Assembly: GCA_016184205.1 (NCBI GenBank)
Contig: JACPDD010000009.1
Location: 1 to 35,454 of the forward strand
DNA: 35,454 nucleotides
Direction: 5' to 3'
Origin: Candidatus Levyibacteriota bacterium
Lineage (GTDB): Bacteria; Patescibacteriota; Microgenomatia; Levybacterales; UBA12049
Shown: one piece after another, positions 15,296-23,324 of the stretch
Layout of the letters: every line of letters starts with the position of its first letter
Numbering within the stretch: the first letter of the stretch is position 1
Position numbers and translations under genes: made by a program
Notes under the pieces: model-generated
Database searches by the model: none
What the model was told of the DNA's origin: nothing
Seen by the model: the letters and a program-made list of their open reading frames with translations, nothing else

Positions 15296-15796
15296 ATGGA
15301 TACATCAACTCTTGTTGGGGAAGTTTTAGAGAGCGGCGGAACTGCGATAAAGCAGACCGGAAAAGCGGCGTCAAATGCCATCTCGGATACTGCTAAAGCA
15401 GCTGTTTCTCAAATCACTGGTTCGCAAGGTGATAATTCGGCTCCTCCTTCAGACATTGATGCAAAAGATATTGTCAACAGTCTATATGAAAAATCCCAAT
15501 CACAAAATACAAACTTACAGCAAGTTCCAAAGCCCGCAAATGCTCCAACAGGCTCGCAGAAAAAAACGCCGGATGAACTCGCAAATCTTGAGTTAGTTAG
15601 AAAAGAACTTCACGCCGCATATTACCAATCCTTGACAAATCCGCCAAAACCCCAGGAGGAGAGGCCGGCGGAAAAAGTTGAAAGGGAAGAAAAGCAAGAT
15701 TTGGTAGATTTGCAGCAAAAGCAGATGGAAAAACCTCCGCCTTTAGTTCAGCGTGCAGCTCAAAGAGTTGAAAAATTTCCAGGAGCCAGTGGATAG
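15296..15796 (+). CDS. hypothetical low-complexity (disordered-type) protein
   Basis: 166-aa ORF rich in A, S, Q, P and K. No family recognised. Confidence 0.5.
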   Translation: MDTSTLVGEVLESGGTAIKQTGKAASNAISDTAKAAVSQITGSQGDNSAPPSDIDAKDIVNSLYEKSQSQNTNLQQVPKPANAPTGSQKKTPDELANLELVRKELHAAYYQSLTNPPKPQEERPAEKVEREEKQDLVDLQQKQMEKPPPLVQRAAQRVEKFPGASG

Positions 15797-15809
15797 CAAG
15801 GAAAGCTTG

Positions 15810-16222
15810 CCAATCGCAATTCGCACGTCGTAATGGAAAAAAATAAATTTAGATTTGAAAATTTAGAGATTTACAAAGAAACGCTGTTTTTAATTGAGCT
15901 CATTTATACGCTTACGAAAAAATTTCCAAAAGATGAGATGTTTGGTATAACAAATCAGCTTAGAAGAGCGTCTGTCTCGATACTACTGAATATTGCTGAA
16001 GGTTCAAGTAGGACAAGAAAAGACTTTGCTCATTTTCTGTCCCTATCTAAAGGATCTTGTTTTGAATGCGTTGCGATCTTGGAAGTTTGCAAAAATCAGA
16101 AGTACATCTCGGATAAAGAATTCCTTGGATTTTACGAAAGACTAAACAAAATATCCAGGATGATAGGTAGATTTCAAATATCACTACGAACCGCGACGAG
16201 CGATTCGCGACAAGCTATATGA
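15810..16222 (+). mobile_element. putative inverted-repeat-bracketed mini-cassette carrying a second four-helix-bundle gene
   Basis: The reverse complement of 15810-15832 (heptads CAATCGC, AATTCGC, ACGTCGT) matches 16185-16207 at 16/23 positions. Confidence 0.4.
15833..16222 (+). CDS. four-helix-bundle protein (23S rRNA intervening-sequence protein family)
   Basis: FENLEIYKE, FPKDEMFGITNQLRRASVSILLNIAEGS and KDFAHFLSLSKGSCFEC. The stop overlaps the cysS ATG (ATGA). Confidence 0.85.
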   Translation: MEKNKFRFENLEIYKETLFLIELIYTLTKKFPKDEMFGITNQLRRASVSILLNIAEGSSRTRKDFAHFLSLSKGSCFECVAILEVCKNQKYISDKEFLGFYERLNKISRMIGRFQISLRTATSDSRQAI

Positions 16223-17568
16223 GAATATATAATACTTTAACACGCAAAATAGAAGATTTTAAATCTATAGAGCCTTCTTATGTAGGTATGTATACTTGCG
16301 GACCCACGGTTTATGATTTCATGCACATTGGAAATTTGCGGACTTTTGTTTTGTCGGACCTGTTACTTAGAACTTTAAAATTTAACGGATATAAAGTAAA
16401 AGCTATTCAAAATATCACAGACATTGATGACAAAATTATAAAAAGAGCAAAGGAAGGGAAGCTTGGCATTTTGGATGTTGTGAATCGCTATACTAAATCT
16501 TTTTTGGAAGATATTGAGAAACTCAACATTTCAATAGAAGACATTGTTAGTCCAAAAGCCACGGATTATATTCCTCAAATGATTTCCTATATCAAAGACC
16601 TTGTAAAGAAAGGATTTGCGTATGAAAGAGACGGTTCAGTTTACTTCGACATTTCTAAGTTTGGCAACTACGGAAAATTATCAGGAGTCTCGCTGGCAGA
16701 ACTTAAGACCGGAACCCGCAGCCTTTCTGATAACTATACAAAAGATAACGTAGCGGACTTTGCCCTTTGGAAAAAAGATGAAGATTTTGGCGTTAAGAGT
16801 TCTTGGGGAAAAGGACGGCCGGGATGGCACATAGAATGTTCTGTTATGAGCCAGGAAAATTTAGGGGAGACTTTTGATATACACGTTGGCGGAGCGGATT
16901 TGATTTTCCCCCATCATGAGAATGAAATTGCACAGTCAGAGGCCACAACAGGTAAAAAATTTGTAAACTACTTTGTTCACGGCGCACACTTGTTGGTTGA
17001 TGGACAAAAGATGAGCAAATCATTAAATAATTTCTATACTTTGAAAGACATTGAAAGCAAAGGGTCGGACCCTCTGGCTCTTAGATATCTTTATTTACAA
17101 ACTCACTACAGACAAGAAATGAATTTTACATGGGAAGCGCTTAAGTCCGCACAGAACGCCCTTGATAAAGTTAGAAATGAAATTTCAGACTGGCCAGAGC
17201 CGAAAATAGGCTGTGCAGAGTATGAACAAAGATTTAAAGATGCAATAACGGATGATTTAAATATGCCAAAGGCGTTGAGCGTTGTATGGGAACTTATGAA
17301 ATCTGATTATCCCAATGAGGCAAAGTTTGAAAGCCTTCTTAAGTTTGATAAAGTTTTGGGGCTAGATCTAAAAAGGATTAAGGATGAAGGATTAAAGATT
17401 AAAGAATTGGAAATTCCAGAAGATGTTCAGAAGCTAATAAAAGAAAGAGAGGAGTATCGAAAGGGGAAAAGATATCATTTGGCGGATCAGTGGAGAAATA
17501 AAATAAGGAAACTCGGGTTTGATATAGAAGACAAAGAAGAAGGCACTGTTATAACGAAACGGGGCTGA
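16219..17568 (+). CDS. cysS: cysteinyl-tRNA synthetase
   Basis: MYTCGPTVYDFMHIGN (HIGH), GWHIECS, HVGGADLIFPHHENE and KMSKSLNN (KMSKS). Confidence 0.95.
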   Translation: MRIYNTLTRKIEDFKSIEPSYVGMYTCGPTVYDFMHIGNLRTFVLSDLLLRTLKFNGYKVKAIQNITDIDDKIIKRAKEGKLGILDVVNRYTKSFLEDIEKLNISIEDIVSPKATDYIPQMISYIKDLVKKGFAYERDGSVYFDISKFGNYGKLSGVSLAELKTGTRSLSDNYTKDNVADFALWKKDEDFGVKSSWGKGRPGWHIECSVMSQENLGETFDIHVGGADLIFPHHENEIAQSEATTGKKFVNYFVHGAHLLVDGQKMSKSLNNFYTLKDIESKGSDPLALRYLYLQTHYRQEMNFTWEALKSAQNALDKVRNEISDWPEPKIGCAEYEQRFKDAITDDLNMPKALSVVWELMKSDYPNEAKFESLLKFDKVLGLDLKRIKDEGLKIKELEIPEDVQKLIKEREEYRKGKRYHLADQWRNKIRKLGFDIEDKEEGTVITKRG

Positions 17569-17856
17569 CCCCGTTAGAGACTGAAATGTGGTATGTTTAT
17601 TTATTGTTCAGTAGGAAAACGGGGAAATGGTATACGGGTTCTACAAGAGATTTGCGAAAAAGAATCGAGCAGCATAATCTTGGTAAAAATGTTTCGACCA
17701 AACACGGAGTCCCCTGGAAAATAATTTATTGCGAGGTCAGTTTAAGTAGAGATGATGCTAGAGCTAGAGAGAGGTATCTAAAATCAGGTATGGGAAAGAG
17801 ATATTTAAAGAATAGACTAAAATTCTTTTTCGCACAAGGTCTCTAACGGGGTTGAC
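17558..17856 (+). mobile_element. putative GIY-YIG mini-cassette bounded by a perfect 13-bp inverted repeat and a 12-nt near-direct repeat
   Basis: CCCCGTTAGAGAC (17569-17581) and GTCTCTAACGGGG (17839-17851) form the inverted repeat. AACGGGGCTGAC (17558-17569) and AACGGGGTTGAC (17845-17856) form the direct repeat. Confidence 0.55.
17586..17846 (+). CDS. GIY-YIG nuclease-domain small protein
   Basis: WYVYLL..........YTGSTRDLRKRIEQHN and RERYLKSG, the typical stand-alone GIY-YIG pattern. Confidence 0.85.
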   Translation: MWYVYLLFSRKTGKWYTGSTRDLRKRIEQHNLGKNVSTKHGVPWKIIYCEVSLSRDDARARERYLKSGMGKRYLKNRLKFFFAQGL

Positions 17857-17899
17857 AAGAATTAAAGAATTGTTGTAGAGTGAGCTTATCACTAAATTA

Positions 17900-18556
17900 A
17901 TGAAAAAATTTGTCATCATATCTCTTTTCATATTTATCCTCATATTTGCTAAGTCCCAGCAAATTGTAAGCGCCCAGACAAAGAATACTCTGCCATTACC
18001 AGCTGTTAAGAGAACTGCGGAGGTTACCAAAGATAATACTACTCGTGTATCTGCTTTAAAAGAAAACCGGGCGGATTTGCGGGCTTCCGCTGCCGCACAA
18101 AGGAAACAAGCAAGAACAGACAGGCTAGATGATGCAAAAATAAGAGCATGCGAGGCAAGGCAAAGTGCCATACGAAAACGTTCGGATGGAATTGTCAGAA
18201 GAGCTAAGAATCAGCTGAATGTTTTTTCTAAAATTGTACAAAGGGTACAGGAATTTTACCAAAACAAACTTGTCCCCCAAGGAAAAACAGTTGCAAATTA
18301 TGACAGCCTCGTTGCAAATATAGCTAGCAGCGAGGCAGCTGTTGCCCCACTTCTCTCTGCTGCACAAGCGAGCGCAGCAGGCTTTAGCTGTGATAGGGAT
18401 AATCCTTCAGGACAAGTTCGAGAGTTCAACGAAGACATGAAGGCAGTAATATCTGCGCTTGGAACATACAGGAAATCGGTAAGGGCTTTAATAGTTGCGG
18501 TAAAGGGAGCTGCAGGTTCAGGAAACAGTGCAACGACTTCGGCCCTGCCGTTATAA
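17900..18556 (+). CDS. secreted alpha-helical hypothetical protein
   Basis: N-terminal signal-like MKKFVIISLFIFILIFAKS, then an A/R/Q-rich helical sequence. Confidence 0.6.
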   Translation: MKKFVIISLFIFILIFAKSQQIVSAQTKNTLPLPAVKRTAEVTKDNTTRVSALKENRADLRASAAAQRKQARTDRLDDAKIRACEARQSAIRKRSDGIVRRAKNQLNVFSKIVQRVQEFYQNKLVPQGKTVANYDSLVANIASSEAAVAPLLSAAQASAAGFSCDRDNPSGQVREFNEDMKAVISALGTYRKSVRALIVAVKGAAGSGNSATTSALPL

Positions 18557-18598
18557 AAATATGGATAATCAAAATCAACCACCAGTTCAAATCCAGCG

Positions 18599-18982
18599 GT
18601 GCCCGTACAGCCTCCTATGGCAGCTGCTGCGCCAATGCCCCAGCCCCAGCCGTCCGCCGCAGGGCCGTCTTCATCCGCAGTGCCACCCCAGTCGCCAAGA
18701 GGTAGAAAATTCTTGTTTATAATAGTGGCTGTTGTGCTACTCCTTATTGCAGTAGGAGCTTATTACTACTTTGCAATGAGCACAAACAACACTAATCTTT
18801 CAGCTTATCCTACCGTTATACCTACAGTTACCAAGCCTTTGGAAACGCCAGTTCCCACAGTAAATCCAATTGAAAGCTCCGCGGACTTAGACGGTGTTTT
18901 AAGTCAACTAGATGGCACCGATACGTCTGCAACAGCCGAGCTTGACCAAAATTCCTCGGACTCAACCACATTTACCCCATAA
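18599..18982 (+). CDS. Pro-rich single-TM hypothetical protein; the N-terminus may be frameshifted
   Basis: P/A-rich region, then KFLFIIVAVVLLLIAVGAYYYF (TM). An ATG at 18561 opens MDNQNQPPVQIQ in another frame. Confidence 0.55.
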   Translation: MPVQPPMAAAAPMPQPQPSAAGPSSSAVPPQSPRGRKFLFIIVAVVLLLIAVGAYYYFAMSTNNTNLSAYPTVIPTVTKPLETPVPTVNPIESSADLDGVLSQLDGTDTSATAELDQNSSDSTTFTP

Positions 18983-19003
18983 TCTTTGTGGTAAAATGAA
19001 CAC

Positions 19004-19237
19004 ATGACAGAGCAGGGAGAAAGTTTAATTCCGGACGCAATAATAAATTCCAAAGCTACTCCAAGTGGGGAAATTGAAAAAACAATTCATCCTGTGGACT
19101 CAAATGGAGAAGTGAAGCCTCCTCTTAAGCAACGTTTGGCAAGAGGATACGATAATGGAGCTAAGCCGACAGAAAAGCCTGTTCCCGATACAAACTTAAA
19201 GATTACAGGACAAAATAAGACGACTCGTAAAGCTTAA
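19004..19237 (+). CDS. hypothetical small protein
   Basis: 77-aa ORF. No family recognised. Confidence 0.4.
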   Translation: MTEQGESLIPDAIINSKATPSGEIEKTIHPVDSNGEVKPPLKQRLARGYDNGAKPTEKPVPDTNLKITGQNKTTRKA

Positions 19238-19254
19238 TTCTCAACATACATCCT

Positions 19255-19881
19255 CTATAATTGTTTAGGATTTAAGATGAGCTCTCCGTTTTGATTAATA
19301 ATTTCTTGCGAAGTTAAGTGTAAATCCGGTAGGGGAATCTGCTTCACGCCTGCCGCATGTAAAATCATATTAAGAGTAAGAAGATCATTGACTCCACCTT
19401 CTCCAACTCTATCTAGGTAATTTTTTTCCATTGAGACAGAGACAATTTCTGTTTTGTCTGGGGTGCGTGCAGCAATAATAACTCTACTTTCTGAGGGTTG
19501 ATTTAATGTTGCGACAGCTGCTGTTAACCCTATGCCGATAGGTAGGTTTGTAAGCGAATCTTCGGCACTTAGCACCCTCTCATAAGAAGCAAGAGCCAAA
19601 GCGACTGCCGCTGTTTCGGAAACATATGGACCTTCGAATTCTCGGCCAATGAACTTTTGGAATTCCTTTCTATGATAGGGGAAAGATGTACCTATTAAAA
19701 TTCTAGATATGCCTGGAGTTCTCCATATAAGCTGAGTGATACCCGCTCCCGCTCCTGTCGTTGCAATAAAAATTTTTGCATCTGTGTGTAATAGTTCGCC
19801 AACAGCCCTGTCAACTTCCGGCATAAATCTCATTAGATCAAATGAAGGTTCGATAGGCTGAGGACGCTCAGTTTCAACCAT
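19255..19881 (-). CDS. divergent CinA/PncC-like domain protein
   Basis: IATTGAGAGITQLIWRTPGISRILIGTSFPY...YVSETAAVALA...IGIGLTAAVA follows the CinA C-terminal domain layout. TTGAGAG replaces ESCTGG. Confidence 0.5.
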   Translation of the reverse strand: MVETERPQPIEPSFDLMRFMPEVDRAVGELLHTDAKIFIATTGAGAGITQLIWRTPGISRILIGTSFPYHRKEFQKFIGREFEGPYVSETAAVALALASYERVLSAEDSLTNLPIGIGLTAAVATLNQPSESRVIIAARTPDKTEIVSVSMEKNYLDRVGEGGVNDLLTLNMILHAAGVKQIPLPDLHLTSQEIINQNGELILNPKQL

Positions 19882-19930
19882 ATGTTAGGTAGTCAATATT
19901 TTATGATATCTATTCCACCTAGTCAATTAT

Positions 19931-19959
19931 TTGGAATTTATGAATATATCTTGTAAAAT
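19931..19959 (+). promoter_or_regulatory. candidate nadD promoter
   Basis: TTGGAA (19931-19936), 17-nt spacer, TAAAAT (19954-19959). ATG is at 19972. Confidence 0.45.
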
Positions 19960-19971
19960 CCATTTAACGCT

Positions 19972-20541
19972 ATGCGTATTGGTATATTGGGTGGATCATT
20001 TGATCCACCTCATTTTGGACACATATTAGTAGCTCGTCAAGTAAAAGAAACGTTAAATCTAGATGAGGTTTGGTTAATGCCATACTTTATGCACAGTTGG
20101 GATCAAAACGTATCCTCCGCATATCACAGATTTGAAATGACAAAGTTAATTGAAGAGAAGGGAATAATTACCTGTGATGAAGAAGTAAGATATAAGAGAA
20201 AAAGTTATACAATTGAAACTGTTAAGAGATTAAAGAAGAAGTATCCTTATGATTTCTTTTGGATAGTCGGAAGCGATGTGTTAACCTCTTTTAAAAGGTG
20301 GAAGGAGCACGAAGCCTTAATTAGGGAAATAAAGTTTCTCATTGTTGCTCGTGACGGTCATTATCTTCCCTCAAAATTACCAAAAGGTTTCAAGCTAGTT
20401 TCTTCTCCTGAATTTATAGCATCCAACATCTCATCCTCAATCATTCGCCGCCGCATTAAAAAAAGGTTATCAGTCGACGGGCTTGTTTCAAAACCTGTTT
20501 TATCGTATATTCAGAAACACAACTTATATAAAAAAGCATGA
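19972..20541 (+). CDS. nadD: nicotinate-nucleotide adenylyltransferase
   Basis: IGILGGSFDPPHFGHI and SSSIIRRRI (ISST-like) motifs. Confidence 0.9.
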   Translation: MRIGILGGSFDPPHFGHILVARQVKETLNLDEVWLMPYFMHSWDQNVSSAYHRFEMTKLIEEKGIITCDEEVRYKRKSYTIETVKRLKKKYPYDFFWIVGSDVLTSFKRWKEHEALIREIKFLIVARDGHYLPSKLPKGFKLVSSPEFIASNISSSIIRRRIKKRLSVDGLVSKPVLSYIQKHNLYKKA

Positions 20542-21311
20542 AGCATATAAATCCGAGAGAGACATCAGAAGCGATTGTAGAGTTCATAAAATATATCTTT
20601 AAAAAAGCCAAATTTTCTCAAGCCGTAATTGCACTCTCAGGCGGAATTGATTCAAGCGTTTCCTGTACGCTTGCCGTTCGCGCTTTAGGTAAGGAAAATG
20701 TTTTTCCGGTCCTTCTTCCTTATAGTAAGCTAAATAGTCAAGGAGTTACAGATGCTCTTAAAGTTATAGATATATTGAGGATTCCCAAAAAAAACATAAC
20801 CCAGATCAATATACAAGATTTTGTCGATAATATTATAAAAGCCGACTACAAAATGGATTTAATACGCAAAGGCAATATTATGGCAAGAGTGAGGATGATT
20901 TTTCTTTTTGATCAGGCGAAGAAAAGAAAAGTATTAGTTATTGGTACAGAAAATAAAACTGAACATCTTTTGGGATATTTCACCAGATTTGGAGATGAGG
21001 CAAGTGACATTGAACCACTTCGGAATCTTTACAAGACTCAAATTTATGAGTTAGCAAAAATTTTGAATTTACCCGAATCAATATTGACAAAAAAACCCAC
21101 AGCAGGTCTTTGGGAAAATCAAACCGATGAGGGGGAATTTGGCTTTACTTACGAACAGGCGGATGAAGTCCTTTACTACTATTTTGATAAAAAAATGTCT
21201 TTACCAGATATAGTTGCTAAAGGATTGGAAAAAGAAATAGTTACTAAAGTTTTGCAGTTTGCAAGGAAAAACGATTTCAAGCACAATTTGCCCTTTATTC
21301 TGGAGCTATAG
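20538..21311 (+). CDS. nadE: NH3-dependent NAD+ synthetase
   Basis: ALSGGIDSSV PP-loop and GTENKTEHLLGYFTRFGD. ATGA overlap with nadD. Confidence 0.9.
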   Translation: MKHINPRETSEAIVEFIKYIFKKAKFSQAVIALSGGIDSSVSCTLAVRALGKENVFPVLLPYSKLNSQGVTDALKVIDILRIPKKNITQINIQDFVDNIIKADYKMDLIRKGNIMARVRMIFLFDQAKKRKVLVIGTENKTEHLLGYFTRFGDEASDIEPLRNLYKTQIYELAKILNLPESILTKKPTAGLWENQTDEGEFGFTYEQADEVLYYYFDKKMSLPDIVAKGLEKEIVTKVLQFARKNDFKHNLPFILEL

Positions 21312-21317
21312 GATTTC

Positions 21318-21853
21318 TTACGGAGATTGTGGATTTTCGTCACTAGCTTCAATAATTCCCAAGACCATTTTGAGCGCTTCTCCTATTGCCTTGTCTTTTA
21401 TTTCCCATCTTTCGCCTTCCATAAAATTGAAGACTTGAGAATTAGTTCTATCTTTATATTTAACTGCAGCGTAGATGACACCAGGGACCGAGTTTGGATT
21501 GTTGGGGTCTGCTCTTGATATACTTCCAGTAATTCCAACTGAAATGTCTGCGCTAACAGCTGCCGTAAGGCCAATTTGAGCCATAGCCTCCGCTGTCTGT
21601 AGAGAATAGACGCCATAATCATTTATTATTTCAGCAGGTACACCCAGTGCCACTTTTTGTTCATTTGAATAGGTAACAAAAGCTCCCTTTATTACTTCAC
21701 TGGCGCCACTAATATTAGTTATTAGAGATTAGCCTGGCGGAGTCTATGAACGACTTGAGTAGCCAAATCTAAATTTAATAGTCTTTGTTCTTCGGCTGGA
21801 GATCTAAATTCTGGCTGTGGATTACCCAGACCACCAGATTCACGTTCTTGCAT
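21318..21853 (-). pseudogene. PncC/CinA-type nicotinamide-nucleotide amidohydrolase remnant, missing the ESCTGG region
   Basis: The frame is open from 21728: SLITNISGASEVIKGAFVTYSNEQKVALGV...GVYSLQTAEAMA...ITGSISRADP...PGVIYAAV. A 43-aa ORF (21853..21722) in another frame may be the displaced N-terminus. Confidence 0.6.
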
Positions 21854-21936
21854 ATAGACAGGATTATATATCTTTATTTAAGTTACTTCAATAAGGACTG
21901 GAAAAATAGAGTCCCATCATATATAATTCCACTTTT

Positions 21937-22401
21937 ATGAGAGAACATGGGTTAGGATTGCCGGACGGAGAGCTGACTGCAAATTATTTGGACGCTTTGT
22001 ACAAAAGGGGAGATGCTCCAGAGGTACTTTTAAAAGGTCCATTGTCTGACATATGCCACGATGAAGTGCTAATACAATGTTTGGAAGTCATAGACCCAGC
22101 TTTTGATCATACTGTAAACGCCCTGGCATTTCTATCAAAGTTCTGCGAAGTGAGGGAAAGGCTTACTGCATTCTACAGCGGGCTTGGTAGATTTCCTGCT
22201 CTTGAGGCTAAGGCAATCTATTTTAGAAACATGATGCCATCCAGTATGGCAGCAAGAACTCAGCAAAGGATTGCAGAGGTTTCGGGGGATGGGTCTGAAA
22301 GAGAGGATTTAATCCAACTTGAAGAGTTTATTAACGGAATTGCGCAGGAAGCCAATCAAGTTTTTCAAAGAAGCCTAGAAGAAAAATCAAGAAGATTCTA
22401 G
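21937..22401 (+). CDS. hypothetical protein (predicted helical)
   Basis: 154-aa ORF. No family recognised. Locally higher G+C by hand count. Confidence 0.55.
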   Translation: MREHGLGLPDGELTANYLDALYKRGDAPEVLLKGPLSDICHDEVLIQCLEVIDPAFDHTVNALAFLSKFCEVRERLTAFYSGLGRFPALEAKAIYFRNMMPSSMAARTQQRIAEVSGDGSEREDLIQLEEFINGIAQEANQVFQRSLEEKSRRF

Positions 22402-22414
22402 GATTTACTTTGGA

Positions 22415-22882
22415 TTGATGGTGTTATATAATCGTAATATGACAGACACAGGAAAAGACAGGAGAACACCAATTCCAGAGCACCTAGTCCAAGAAGGTGA
22501 AACAATGATGGCTTGGTTTGTGAATGATTTTATTGCAAATGCTTTACCAGAAAGTGAACACGTTGTCCCAGAAAAAATGGCCTCGCAAATGATTGAGGCT
22601 CTTCCTGATTGGAAAACAAAAACTATTAGAAGGCTGGAATCAACCAGGGGACCTTTAGCAAAAGAGCATTTAGCACTAGCTAAGTCGTTCTCGTTTGATG
22701 ATGTTGTTTCTTATTCTGATTGGCAGGTAGGACAGTTGCGTAAAGCAGAAGAACTCGAGCCAGATACGGAAATAAAGAAGGGAATAACCAAAGACATAGA
22801 AGGTTGGTGGAACATCAGGATAGCTGCGAATAATGCAAAAAATCAGACAGAGTCAAGTTCTCACCCTACTACCTCGGAATAA
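22415..22882 (+). CDS. hypothetical protein; the true start may be ATG 22439
   Basis: 155-aa ORF. TATAAT at 22426-22431 lies 7 nt before ATG 22439, so a leaderless start is possible. Confidence 0.55.
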   Translation: MMVLYNRNMTDTGKDRRTPIPEHLVQEGETMMAWFVNDFIANALPESEHVVPEKMASQMIEALPDWKTKTIRRLESTRGPLAKEHLALAKSFSFDDVVSYSDWQVGQLRKAEELEPDTEIKKGITKDIEGWWNIRIAANNAKNQTESSSHPTTSE

Positions 22883-22907
22883 ATATAAAGTTTGCTATAA
22901 TTAAGTC

Positions 22908-23324
22908 ATGGATGGTCCTCGGAAAAAGAATTTGCCGCCGGAGCTTTATCATGTTGCATTTGAAAAGGGAACAGAAGCGCCTTTTTCCGGGAAATTTTAT
23001 AAGCATTTTGAAAAAGGAATGTATGCTTGTGCGGTTTGCGGACAGGAACTTTTTGCTTCCGATACAAAGTTTGATTCTGATTGTGGTTGGCCAAGTTTTG
23101 ACAAAAGCTTGAAAGGTAACGTAAAATTTGCACAGGATGACTCGTCTGGCATGCAAAGGACAGAAGTAATGTGCAGCAACTGCGGCGCACATTTAGGGCA
23201 TGTATTTGATGACGCGCCTCGAGTCGCCATCTTCGGCGACGCGGGCAGCCCAAAAGAAACAACCGGGAAAAGGTTTTGCATCAATTCAGTCTCTTTGGAT
23301 TTCAAGCAAAAGAAAGAAAATTAA
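22908..23324 (+). CDS. msrB: peptide-methionine (R)-S-oxide reductase MsrB
   Basis: CAVCGQELF, GWPSF, CSNCGAHLGHVF and RFCINS. Carries a ~12-aa GC-rich insertion at 23213-23258. Confidence 0.9.
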   Translation: MDGPRKKNLPPELYHVAFEKGTEAPFSGKFYKHFEKGMYACAVCGQELFASDTKFDSDCGWPSFDKSLKGNVKFAQDDSSGMQRTEVMCSNCGAHLGHVFDDAPRVAIFGDAGSPKETTGKRFCINSVSLDFKQKKEN

